Positions 17,167 to 27,512 of a stretch of DNA of 40,016 nucleotides are shown piece after piece. This stretch comes from Gammaproteobacteria bacterium (GTDB taxonomy: Bacteria > Pseudomonadota > Gammaproteobacteria > Magnimaribacterales > TMED112): the NCBI GenBank assembly GCA_002692425.1, contig NZKB01000026.1, positions 1-40,016 on the forward strand, written 5' to 3'. A model generated the notes under the pieces. That model was not told the DNA's origin, searched no databases, and worked only from the letters and a program-made list of their open reading frames with translations. The translations under genes were made by a program, and so were the position numbers. Every line of letters begins with the position of its first letter. Within the stretch, counting starts at the first letter, position 1.

Positions 17167-19713
17167 ATGAAAAAAATAAATCTCTCTTTATTAATTAGTT
17201 TACTTTCTTTTACTTTTTATGCTCAAGAATCAACAACCGAAGATGTAGTTGATTCAATTGAAGAAGTTGTAACTGTAGGGACTAGAGCTAGCTTAAAATC
17301 AGGTCTCGATAAACAAAAAGAATCCAACCAAGTAGTTTCAATTGTTGATTCCGATGCAATAGGTGATTTTCCAGATGAAACTGCAGCTGAAGCTGTTAGA
17401 AGACTTTCAGGTGTTTCAGTTGAAAATGATCAAGGAGAAGGCCGTTACGTTACTCTTAGAGGTATGGCCGGTGGTTTAAATGCTGTTGCAATGAATGGTG
17501 CATTAGTACCAGCTCCTGAAGGAGGCAGAAAAGTTCTACTTGATGGTTTACCAACAGAACTCCTAGATTCAATTGAAGTGTATAAAACGCTTACACCTAA
17601 CCAAGATTTAGAGGGTATCGGTGGTAGAATTGAATTTAATACAAAAAAAGCTACAGACCTAGATGAACAAGTTCTAAAATTTAGATACGATACGCAATAT
17701 AACGAATTCTCTAAAAGAACTAATAACCCAAAATACTCACTTACGTATGGTGACAAATTCACCGAGAGTTTTGGTGCAATATTTGGATATACATTTCAAA
17801 GTAAACATATCATTTCTAATAACAATGAAGTTGGTTATGAACCTTGGAATATTGATGATAATGGTAATAAATATCTAGCTCGTGATTGGGAAATGAGATT
17901 CTATGATCTAACTAGAGAAAGAGAGGGCATGACTCTTGATATAGATTTTGAATATTCGCCTAATACATCTTTTTTTGTGAATTATCTTTTTAATGAATAT
18001 GTTGACGATGAAGTTAGACACAAAGATGAATACAGAGCAAGGAATGTTGTTGAATCATCCATCACACCGACATCAGCTGCATATCAAAGAATAACCGCTG
18101 ACAAAGAAACAAGAAAACGTATAGAAACAAGACAAATTGAAACACAAATTATTGGTGGAGAAACTAGTTTTGGAGACCTAAATTTTAAGTTTCAAGCAAG
18201 TAATTCTTTTGCTGAAGAAGCTGATGACAACAATGTAGATGGTAAATTCAGGAGTGAATGTCGAATTAGAGAAGGAGACGAAATTTGTGGTACATACAAC
18301 TGGTCTGACCCAAAATTTATAAATGTTGTATTAGCTCCAGCAGCAGCAGATTTACTTGATCCAAGCTCATATTGTTGGGATGAATTTGAAATTGATTATG
18401 GTGTCATACAGGATGAAGAAAAAGCTATTAAATTTGACTTTGAGAATGAAAACTTTGAATTGTTTGATACACCAATGGTTTTGCAATTTGGTTATAAATT
18501 TAGCAGTAGAAATAAGTCTAATACTGAAGGGAATCTAGATGGAAGTGATGCTATGTCACCATTTGGGATGATTTCTTATAACCCATACACTCCAGATAAG
18601 TGGTATTTTCCACAAACACTTGGCTTTTTTGCAGACCCAGATTTCCTATTTGGTGCACAATCGCAATTCAGACCATTAGACGTAGAATTAGCAGATTTTT
18701 GGGAAACTGAAGAAGAAATTAATGCATTTTATCTAATGTCTACCTTCGATTATGGTAATGCAGTGGTTGTTGCAGGTGTCAGACATGAAGATACTTCATT
18801 TAAAACATTTGGATATAACGATGGTGATATTAATGATGTCCTAAGTTTTTATCGAGACTATGGATTTACCGCTCCAAGCATAAATGTGAAATATTTTTTG
18901 GATGATAATACACAATTAAGAGCAGCATTCTATCGATCTTTATCAAGACCAGGTTTTGGAGAAACAGCACCTATAGCAGATATTAGTGAAAACGAAGGTA
19001 GTGGTCAGTTTAGAGGCTCTATGGGTAACCCAGATTTAGAACCATACGAATCAAATAACCTAGATTTTTCATATGAATACTACAATGATGGTTTAGTTTT
19101 AACCGCTGGAGTTTTCTACAAAGATATTGAAAATACCATTTACCCAAGGGTTATTGCAGATCAGACCATTGGTGGAATATTTTTTACAGAGCTTGAAACC
19201 TATGCTAATGCAGGATCTTCTTCAATATTAGGAATTGAATTAAATCTGTTCGCTGAATTAGATAATTACTTACCTATTGATGGCTTTTTTGCAGCTTTCA
19301 ATACAACTTTAAGTGATGGAGAAAGCGATTTTGACACTGGTTTAGGTACATTTACAATCCCATTTAGAAAACTTTCTGAAGAAAATGCCAACCTTTCATT
19401 AGGGTACGACAAAGGAAAAATAGACGCTAGATTAGCTGTGAACTATCGCTCAAGCTATCTTGATTACCTTGGCGATGAAGGTGAAGACTTGCTTGATAGT
19501 GATTTTAATTATGGTTTTATTAGATTTACAGATGACTATCTTTCTTACGATTTAACCGCTAAATATAAATATTCAGATAATCTGTCATTCAAATTTGAAG
19601 GTAAAAATTTAGGCAATAGACCTGAATATTACTATTGGAATACTTCAGATAGGCTGTCACAATATGATGAGTATGGATACACATTGTCTTTTGGCATCAG
19701 ATATAGCTACTAA
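17167..19713 (+). CDS. TonB-dependent outer-membrane receptor
   Basis: Signal peptide, TonB-box-like EEVVTVG, plug domain (RRLSGVSVENDQGEGRYVTLRG, IEVYKTLTP), a long barrel, and a terminal aromatic residue (FGIRYSY). Confidence 0.9.
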   Translation: MKKINLSLLISLLSFTFYAQESTTEDVVDSIEEVVTVGTRASLKSGLDKQKESNQVVSIVDSDAIGDFPDETAAEAVRRLSGVSVENDQGEGRYVTLRGMAGGLNAVAMNGALVPAPEGGRKVLLDGLPTELLDSIEVYKTLTPNQDLEGIGGRIEFNTKKATDLDEQVLKFRYDTQYNEFSKRTNNPKYSLTYGDKFTESFGAIFGYTFQSKHIISNNNEVGYEPWNIDDNGNKYLARDWEMRFYDLTREREGMTLDIDFEYSPNTSFFVNYLFNEYVDDEVRHKDEYRARNVVESSITPTSAAYQRITADKETRKRIETRQIETQIIGGETSFGDLNFKFQASNSFAEEADDNNVDGKFRSECRIREGDEICGTYNWSDPKFINVVLAPAAADLLDPSSYCWDEFEIDYGVIQDEEKAIKFDFENENFELFDTPMVLQFGYKFSSRNKSNTEGNLDGSDAMSPFGMISYNPYTPDKWYFPQTLGFFADPDFLFGAQSQFRPLDVELADFWETEEEINAFYLMSTFDYGNAVVVAGVRHEDTSFKTFGYNDGDINDVLSFYRDYGFTAPSINVKYFLDDNTQLRAAFYRSLSRPGFGETAPIADISENEGSGQFRGSMGNPDLEPYESNNLDFSYEYYNDGLVLTAGVFYKDIENTIYPRVIADQTIGGIFFTELETYANAGSSSILGIELNLFAELDNYLPIDGFFAAFNTTLSDGESDFDTGLGTFTIPFRKLSEENANLSLGYDKGKIDARLAVNYRSSYLDYLGDEGEDLLDSDFNYGFIRFTDDYLSYDLTAKYKYSDNLSFKFEGKNLGNRPEYYYWNTSDRLSQYDEYGYTLSFGIRYSY

Positions 19714-20764
19714 ATCTAGATCATATTTATTAAGAGCAAGTTTTTTACTTGCTCTTTTTTTTCATTCTTTATTATTGTTTGCGGAGAAAATAGATTACGT
19801 ATATGAAACTGAAGCAGTCTCTTCAATGGGGGATGCAGCTGATGATCCAGCAATCTGGTTTAATCACGTAGATCCTACTCAATCCTTAATCTTTGGAACA
19901 GATAAGCGAAAAGGTATTCATGTCTACGACTTATATGGCAAAGAATTAAGTTTCTCTGAACTAGGTGCCACAAATAATATTGATCTTAGAGTTATTGATG
20001 AGAATGTTCATATGGTCATTTCGAATAGATCTTCGAGCACACTTGGCTATTGGGTATTCCCTGAATCCAACTTGTTTAAGTATTTTTCAGATCATCCGAC
20101 AGATGCCTTTACAGAAGATATTACTCATTATCACCTAAAAGCAAATATGAATGTTTATGGCGTATGCATGGGATTTGTAAATGGTCTACCGTTTGCGGCA
20201 TTGACCGAAGAAGAGGGCCCAACGATTCAGGTGTGGAACCTTATTTCTAAAGAAGTAGTTGGAGAAATTAATATTATCGTTGATGAAGAAGATGCACCTA
20301 AATCAGGTAACGAAGCTGAAGGCTGTGTATTTGATGATGAAAATAGCCGTTTATTGATCTCCAGAGAGGGCTCTAAAGGTTATTTGAAAGCTTATGAGTC
20401 AGATTCATTACAAATGATAGAAGTTGTTGATTCAAGAGATGGGAATATTATTGGTGATCCAGAAGGTGTAGCAATATATAAAACTTCTGATACAGAAGGA
20501 TACATCATACTCTCCTCACAAGGTGGTAATGAATTTAACCTGTACGACCGAAAAAGTTTAGATTTTGTTAGTAAATTTAAAATCAATTCCGTTGAAGATA
20601 CTGATGGTTTAGATGTCACTAATGAAGCCGTTGAGGGTATATTTCCAAAAGGGTTTTTAGTGGTACAAGACGGTAGAAACTTGCCTAATAATCAAAATTT
20701 TAAATTAGTGAGTATGGAAGAAGTACTCAAAAAAAAACTGAGCGCTCCTGGCTTGATCAATTAA
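19664..20764 (+). CDS. Beta-propeller phytase (3-phytase, BPP family), secreted
   Basis: BPP hallmark GDAADDPAIWFN..IFGTDKRKGIHVYDLYGK plus later DPEGVAIY and TDGLDV blocks. The N-terminus has a signal-peptide-like KSRSYLLRASFLLALFFHSLLLFA|EK. The start is ambiguous (ATG 19664, 19667 or 19673, or TTG 19691); every option overlaps the receptor gene's 3' end. Confidence 0.85.
   Translation: MMSMDTHCLLASDIATKSRSYLLRASFLLALFFHSLLLFAEKIDYVYETEAVSSMGDAADDPAIWFNHVDPTQSLIFGTDKRKGIHVYDLYGKELSFSELGATNNIDLRVIDENVHMVISNRSSSTLGYWVFPESNLFKYFSDHPTDAFTEDITHYHLKANMNVYGVCMGFVNGLPFAALTEEEGPTIQVWNLISKEVVGEINIIVDEEDAPKSGNEAEGCVFDDENSRLLISREGSKGYLKAYESDSLQMIEVVDSRDGNIIGDPEGVAIYKTSDTEGYIILSSQGGNEFNLYDRKSLDFVSKFKINSVEDTDGLDVTNEAVEGIFPKGFLVVQDGRNLPNNQNFKLVSMEEVLKKKLSAPGLIN
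19732..19762 (+). terminator. Intrinsic-terminator-like hairpin after the TonB receptor stop, inside the phytase signal-peptide codons
   Basis: A perfect 10-bp stem, AAGAGCAAGT (19732-19741) paired with ACTTGCTCTT (19747-19756), with a TTTTT loop. A T run follows (8 consecutive T at 19755-19762). It starts 19 nt after the receptor stop codon (19711-19713). Confidence 0.6.
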
Positions 20765-20862
20765 AAGAATTTAGTGTTAATAATCCGCTTTTAGCACCAC
20801 TTATAATCACACTTTTAGGATTTTTAGAATCTTTTGTAATTAGTGGTTTCTTTTTCCCGAGT

Positions 20863-21258
20863 TTGTTACTTTATTTAATGGCTGTATTCCTCTTTTTAGA
20901 AGGTATATCAGGTTTATTCTTTATTACCTTGTGTGGTTATATAGGATCCTTTGTAGGTGATCAGTCCAGCTATTTGATGGGAAGAATCTATGGAACTAAA
21001 GCATTGAAATGGAATTTCATTAAAAGCAGGCAAAAACAAGTAGATAAGGTCAAACAGACATTCGATAAATACGAATTTACCGCCATTCTTATAGGCAGAA
21101 TGACACCTAGTTTGCGCCCATTTTCACCTTTTTTTGTTGGCGTCTTCAGATTGAATTACCAGAGATTTTTGATTTTTGATCTGATTGCCTGCAGTGTTTG
21201 GGCTTCAGGTTTGGTGCTTTTAGTGGTTTTATGGGATTATATAGCTAGTTTTTTTTAA
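20863..21258 (+). CDS. DedA/SNARE-associated family membrane protein (central fragment; see findings)
   Basis: VGDQSSYLMGRIYG and IGRMTPSLRPFSPFFVGVF..Y..F are collinear with E. coli DedA (VGDAVNYTIGRLFG, LARFVPIVRTFAPFVAGM). The track start is TTG 20863. DedA-like sequence (WLDQLKEF..LLGFLESFVISGFFFPS) continues upstream in the same frame to about 20749 with no ATG, GTG or TTG start. Confidence 0.7.
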   Translation: MLLYLMAVFLFLEGISGLFFITLCGYIGSFVGDQSSYLMGRIYGTKALKWNFIKSRQKQVDKVKQTFDKYEFTAILIGRMTPSLRPFSPFFVGVFRLNYQRFLIFDLIACSVWASGLVLLVVLWDYIASFF

Positions 21259-21259
21259 T

Positions 21260-21436
21260 ATGTTAGGTCTTTTAAGCTTAGTTCTGCTGGTAATTCTTGT
21301 TTTGCTACTTCTGCATTACTTTTTTACTCAAAAAACTTCAGGACTAATTAAGAACTTTTTACTCAAATTTGCTGGTATCGTGCTCACCATCATTTGTGTA
21401 TATTTGTTTATAAGGCTTATAAGGTTTGTGCTATAG
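21260..21436 (+). CDS. 58-aa two-helix membrane ORF, probably the detached C-terminal part of the DedA gene
   Basis: Below the track's size cutoff. Translation: MLGLLSLVLLVILVLLLLHYFFTQKTSGLIKNFLLKFAGIVLTIICVYLFIRLIRFVL. It begins 1 nt after the DedA stop. Removing one T from the T8 run (21249-21256) fuses it in frame with DedA. Confidence 0.4.
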   Translation: MLGLLSLVLLVILVLLLLHYFFTQKTSGLIKNFLLKFAGIVLTIICVYLFIRLIRFVL

Positions 21437-21437
21437 A

Positions 21438-21779
21438 GTGACTGATTCTATTTTTACCAAAATCAAAAACAAAGAAATACCAGGAAATATTGTTTATGAA
21501 GATGACCAATGCTTTGCTCTAGAAGATATCAACCCACAGGCTCCAGTTCATGTTCTTATTATCCCGCACAAGGAAATTACCAAAGTGTCAGATACCTCAC
21601 CTGAGGATAAAGATCTGCTAGGCCACTTGCTTTATGTTTCGAAAAAAATTGCAGATAAATATGATCTAAAAGATAACTACAGATTAATTATTAATAATGG
21701 GGCAGGCGCCGGCCAAAGTGTTTTTCATATTCATGTACATTTAATGGGTGGTAGAAGCCTTGTATGGCCTCCAGGCTAA
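21438..21779 (+). CDS. hinT: HIT-family (HinT-like) nucleotide hydrolase
   Basis: Histidine triad HIHVHLMGG and an N-terminus TDSIFTKIKNKEIPGNIVYEDD typical of HinT. GTG 21438 is preferred as the start; TTG 21426 is also possible. Confidence 0.9.
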   Translation: MTDSIFTKIKNKEIPGNIVYEDDQCFALEDINPQAPVHVLIIPHKEITKVSDTSPEDKDLLGHLLYVSKKIADKYDLKDNYRLIINNGAGAGQSVFHIHVHLMGGRSLVWPPG

Positions 21780-21897
21780 ACGAAAGTGGCCCCAACAAGA
21801 AGAATTGCTACAATAATACCAATCAATATAAAAAATATTACTATATTTTTCATAACTGTTTTATCATCTTCCATACTGAAATTTTATAGATAATAAA

Positions 21898-22992
21898 ATG
21901 ATTCGTATAGAGCCTTACAACGATAAAGAGGTCAAATCTGTTTTGACAAATCTCATGAACAATGACGAGTTCATGAAATTTATTAAAGTTAATTTAAATA
22001 AATCTACATCAAAATTTTTATCAATACCTGGTTCTTCTTTACTAGTAATGCAGTTATTTAAATCAAAAATTAAAAAGATAAATTCCATAGAAGAATTTCA
22101 AGACCAAGTTAAATTAGTATTAAAGAGTGTTGTCGATCAAACTATTGAAGACTTTGAAACAAAAGGATTAGAAAATCTTGAATCTGATAAGCCTTATTTA
22201 TTTATAGGCAATCATAGAGATATAACACTCGATTCTGCACTTTGTAATTTTGCGCTAGATAGTATCGGTATGGATACAACTTTTAATGCTATTGGGGATA
22301 ACTTAGTTAGTGTGGATTGGATGGGAGATTTATTAAGACTTAATAAAAGCTTTGTTATTTCTCGATCTGGATCCACCAAAAAAGAAATCTACTCTAATTT
22401 ATTTAAAGCTTCTCAATTTATTAAAGATAAATTGGATGGTGGTAATCATGTTTGGATTGCTCAAAAACAAGGAAGATCAAAAGATGGGATTGATAAGACA
22501 GATCCAGCCGTTCTTAAAATGCTCCATATTGCTCTTAGAAAAACCTGTGAATTTCAAGATATTACTAATTATTACAATATTGTTCCTTGTTCAATTTCAT
22601 ATGAAATTGATCCCTTAGCTGTCGAAAAATCAAAACAGTTACAAAACACAGAATCAAAAGATTTAAATGAAGATATCTCACATATATTTAAAGGTGTAAT
22701 GTCTGAAAAGGGGAAAGTAAAATTATGTTTTGCTGATTGTATACAGGGTAATTATACTCCTGAGACTCTAGCTCATGAGATAGATAAACAAATTTTAAAT
22801 AATTATGCACATTGGGAAACAAATTTATATGCATATGAATTTTTAAATGGTGAGGTAGAAGACACTAAGTTTCCAAGAGCAAGTAAATACTTTAATGATT
22901 TAAGAGCTTCTATGACTAACAAGGACTTAAATTATATAATGTCTCAATACGCCAATCCAATTATGGCAAAAAAGGAAATTAATAATGAGTGA
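21898..22992 (+). CDS. Phospholipid/glycerol acyltransferase family protein (PlsC-type HX4D)
   Basis: HX4D catalytic motif in FIGNHRDITLDSAL, and a later block IAQKQGRSKDG that resembles acyltransferase motif III. 364 aa. The substrate cannot be assigned. Confidence 0.7.
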   Translation: MIRIEPYNDKEVKSVLTNLMNNDEFMKFIKVNLNKSTSKFLSIPGSSLLVMQLFKSKIKKINSIEEFQDQVKLVLKSVVDQTIEDFETKGLENLESDKPYLFIGNHRDITLDSALCNFALDSIGMDTTFNAIGDNLVSVDWMGDLLRLNKSFVISRSGSTKKEIYSNLFKASQFIKDKLDGGNHVWIAQKQGRSKDGIDKTDPAVLKMLHIALRKTCEFQDITNYYNIVPCSISYEIDPLAVEKSKQLQNTESKDLNEDISHIFKGVMSEKGKVKLCFADCIQGNYTPETLAHEIDKQILNNYAHWETNLYAYEFLNGEVEDTKFPRASKYFNDLRASMTNKDLNYIMSQYANPIMAKKEINNE

Positions 22993-23106
22993 TGACCAAT
23001 TTTATGATTCAGAAGAAGAAAAAGAAAACTCTTCATCTGATGCGAATGTAGCTTTAGTAATAATTATTTGTGGTGTGATAGGCGCGACTATTTTCGTTTC
23101 TTCTTT

Positions 23107-23110
<4 letters not shown>
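22985..23110 (+). CDS. 41-aa single-pass membrane micro-protein (acidic N-terminus plus TM helix)
   Basis: Below the track cutoff. Translation: MSDDQFYDSEEEKENSSSDANVALVIIICGVIGATIFVSSL. Its ATG overlaps the acyltransferase 3' end by 8 nt, its TGA overlaps the SDR ATG (ATGA at 23107-23110), and AAGGAA lies upstream. Confidence 0.4.
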
Positions 23111-24830
<1,720 letters not shown>

Positions 24831-24879
24831 TTATTTAAAAACAAGAGTACTTGCAGTTTTTTAGTTACAATATCTTAGC

Positions 24880-26985
24880 ATGTCAATAGATAGAATATAT
24901 AGAGAGTTTTTTGGCTTTAGCCTGATCATTGTCTCTCTTTTTCTCTTTGTAAGTTTAGTAACTTTTTCTGCGCAAGATAATGTTGACAACCTTCTCTCTA
25001 ATTCGAAAAACTATTTAAATAACTTTGGTTATTTAGGCGCATTGTTTTCTTCCACTGTTTTTTCTTATATTGGATTTGCTGCCTATTATTTTGCTTTAAT
25101 TTGCTTTTATTTTGGGATGATTTTATTTTTTTCATCCTCCTCAAAAGATTTTTCAGAGCGCCTAAATTTTTTAAATAATGTTCTTTATAGCTTTATCTCA
25201 ATATTTCCACTCACATTATTTTTTGTAAGCTTCATAAATTCAAGTAATACGGAACTAAGTCTGCTCTCCATTAATGCCGGAGGTTTAGCAGGGGATAATT
25301 TGTTAATAATTCTAAATACATATGCGAATAGTTTGGTCGTTGGATCGATATCAGGGATCGTATTTTTAACACTGCAATATTTTATTTTTTACGATCTTTT
25401 AAATTTTATTAATTCATTTTTTAAAAGCGATAAAACTCCAATAAAAAAACAAGCAAAATCTCAAAATATTGTTAAGGAAGTTGAAAAACCTAAAGTAGTA
25501 AAACAAAAAGAAGCAACAACTATTGATGCCCCAAAATCAGATCCTATAAAAATTGAACAAGAAGATTTCATAGATTTATTGGATAAAAAAATTGATGATT
25601 CTAGTGAAGTAACTAAAGATTATCTTGAAAATCTAGCAGAGAATTTGGTTAATAAACTAGAGGAATTTGGCATTGAAGGAAGAGTAGAAGGCTCTTTACC
25701 TGGTCCAGTTATTACTCGATTTGAAATCAGCCTAGCACCAGGAACAAAAGCTAGCCAAGTGACCAATATTGCAAATGATTTAGCGAGATCATTAGCAGTT
25801 AAGAGTGTAAGAGTAGTTGAAGTTATTGAAGGTAAATCATCTATTGGTATAGAAATACCAAATCCAAAAAGAAAGGAAGTTTCTCTATATTCAAGTGTTC
25901 AAGAACATCCGAAAGAAACATTGAAGCCCTTGGAATTTTGTATCGGTAAAGACATAGCTGGTGAAAGTGCAAAAATTGATTTACAACAGTTACCTCACTT
26001 ATTAATTGCTGGCACAACTGGTTCAGGAAAGTCAGTTGGGGTTAACACCATACTCCTTAATTTATTGAGAAATAATAGCCCAGCAAATTTAAAATTATTG
26101 TTAATAGATCCTAAAATGCTGGAACTTTCGGTTTATGACGATATTCCACATCTAATTACACCAGTAATTACAGATATGCAAAAAGCTGCGAATGGTTTGA
26201 ATTGGTGTGTAAAAGAAATGGATAAGAGATATAAACTTATGTCGATTCTGGGTGTAAGAAATCTTGAAGGTTACAATCAGAAAGCTTTAAAACCCTCCTC
26301 AATTCCTCAAGAACAAAAAGAACTTTTGCTCGAAGAGCTAGATGGAGATATTACATCACTTCCGTACATTGTTGTGGTAATTGACGAATTAGCAGATCTC
26401 ATGATGGTAACAGGTAAAAAAGTTGAACAACTTATTGCAAGACTTGCACAAAAAGCAAGAGCGTCCGGAATTCATTTAGCTATAGCAACCCAAAGACCTT
26501 CAGTAGATGTTATAACTGGGCTGATAAAAGCAAATATACCTTCGAGAATGTCTTTTTTAGTTTCCTCAAAAGTTGATTCAAGAACTATTCTAGACCAGGG
26601 CGGTGCAGAACAGTTGCTTGGTAAAGGAGATATGTTATTTATTGAACCGGGAACATCAATACCAAAAAGGATTCACGGAGCTTTTGTAAAAGATGATGAA
26701 GTTCAAAAAATCACAAAATATCTTAGAGAAACTGGTAAACCAGAATACATTGAAGAAGTTACAAAATCTATTGAAGTTCAAGAGTTAAATAACGATACGG
26801 ATACTGATGATGATTTATACAACGAGGCGGTTGAGTTTGTTGTAGAAACCAGAAGGGCATCTATTTCATCTATCCAAAGAAAATTTAGAATTGGCTACAA
26901 TAGGGCTGCTCGATTAATCGAAACAATGGAAGAAAACGGAATCGTTACACCCATGAATTCAAATGGCTCTAGAGAAGTCATCTAA
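24880..26985 (+). CDS. ftsK: DNA translocase FtsK
   Basis: N-terminal multi-TM domain, Lys/Glu-rich linker, motor domain with Walker A GTTGSGKSV and Walker B VVVIDELADLM, and a gamma winged-helix domain (ASISSIQRKFRIGYNRAARLIETMEENGIV). Confidence 0.95.
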   Translation: MSIDRIYREFFGFSLIIVSLFLFVSLVTFSAQDNVDNLLSNSKNYLNNFGYLGALFSSTVFSYIGFAAYYFALICFYFGMILFFSSSSKDFSERLNFLNNVLYSFISIFPLTLFFVSFINSSNTELSLLSINAGGLAGDNLLIILNTYANSLVVGSISGIVFLTLQYFIFYDLLNFINSFFKSDKTPIKKQAKSQNIVKEVEKPKVVKQKEATTIDAPKSDPIKIEQEDFIDLLDKKIDDSSEVTKDYLENLAENLVNKLEEFGIEGRVEGSLPGPVITRFEISLAPGTKASQVTNIANDLARSLAVKSVRVVEVIEGKSSIGIEIPNPKRKEVSLYSSVQEHPKETLKPLEFCIGKDIAGESAKIDLQQLPHLLIAGTTGSGKSVGVNTILLNLLRNNSPANLKLLLIDPKMLELSVYDDIPHLITPVITDMQKAANGLNWCVKEMDKRYKLMSILGVRNLEGYNQKALKPSSIPQEQKELLLEELDGDITSLPYIVVVIDELADLMMVTGKKVEQLIARLAQKARASGIHLAIATQRPSVDVITGLIKANIPSRMSFLVSSKVDSRTILDQGGAEQLLGKGDMLFIEPGTSIPKRIHGAFVKDDEVQKITKYLRETGKPEYIEEVTKSIEVQELNNDTDTDDDLYNEAVEFVVETRRASISSIQRKFRIGYNRAARLIETMEENGIVTPMNSNGSREVI

Positions 26986-27512
26986 TGCGTTTCTTGATTA
27001 TCCTTTTTATAAGCTTTTTCATACACACAAATCCTAATATATTCTTTAAAGAACCCTTAAATTTTGACGCAGAAATAAATATTAATAGTGATGGTAATTT
27101 GATATCTAGAGGCATAATGTCTTTTAGAGACGGAGCTTTTATTTATAATTTAGTTAGCCCATACAACCAAACTATAGCAAGTGAAAATGGCAAACTTTTC
27201 GTTCAAGACAATGACTTTCAACAAGTCATAATTTATAACGATACTAAAGCTTTTTTTCTTCAAGACTTATTTAGCAACAAATACGAAACAGAAAATTTCC
27301 CATGCCCAAATAACTGCTTCAAATTAAATCCAGAGGATGAAAGTACTTTTCAAGAAGCATTGGTATCTATGAGCGGAAATGCCATAGATTGGATAAGGCT
27401 AGTTGATATTAAGGATCAAAGAATTTTTATTAAATTTGAGAATTTTAAGTTTGAATCATCTAATATTACTTATGTAGTACCACAAAATTACGAAATTATT
27501 AGCAATGATTGA
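26985..27512 (+). CDS. lolA: Outer-membrane lipoprotein carrier LolA (likely)
   Basis: 175 aa with a signal peptide. It sits in the conserved ftsK-lolA-serS position of Gammaproteobacteria. The block PYNQTIASENGKLFVQDNDFQQV resembles the LolA central strands. The sequence is divergent. Confidence 0.6.
   Translation: MRFLIILFISFFIHTNPNIFFKEPLNFDAEININSDGNLISRGIMSFRDGAFIYNLVSPYNQTIASENGKLFVQDNDFQQVIIYNDTKAFFLQDLFSNKYETENFPCPNNCFKLNPEDESTFQEALVSMSGNAIDWIRLVDIKDQRIFIKFENFKFESSNITYVVPQNYEIISND

Noticed and set aside
20714-21258. The possibility that the phytase and DedA form one fusion protein, which would happen if the A-run were A10.
   Set aside because: As sequenced, the phytase frame terminates cleanly at 20764. 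Fusing a secreted propeller enzyme to a polytopic inner-membrane protein is topologically implausible. The idea is kept only as part of the frameshift discussion.
21776-21874. 32-aa minus-strand ORF (MEDDKTVMKNIVIFFILIGIIVAILLVGATFV) between hinT and the acyltransferase gene.
   Set aside because: It is very short, has no RBS, and its stop overlaps the hinT stop. It cannot be distinguished from chance at this base composition, so it is noted only as a possibility under the micro-ORF finding.
23068-23106. Upstream extensions of the SDR ORF (MWCDRRDYFRFFF) and of the HIT ORF (TTG 21426).
   Set aside because: SDR and HinT family N-termini align from MSLKTQDLF (23107) and from TDSIF (GTG 21438). 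The SDR extension overlaps the micro-ORF frame and adds non-homologous residues.
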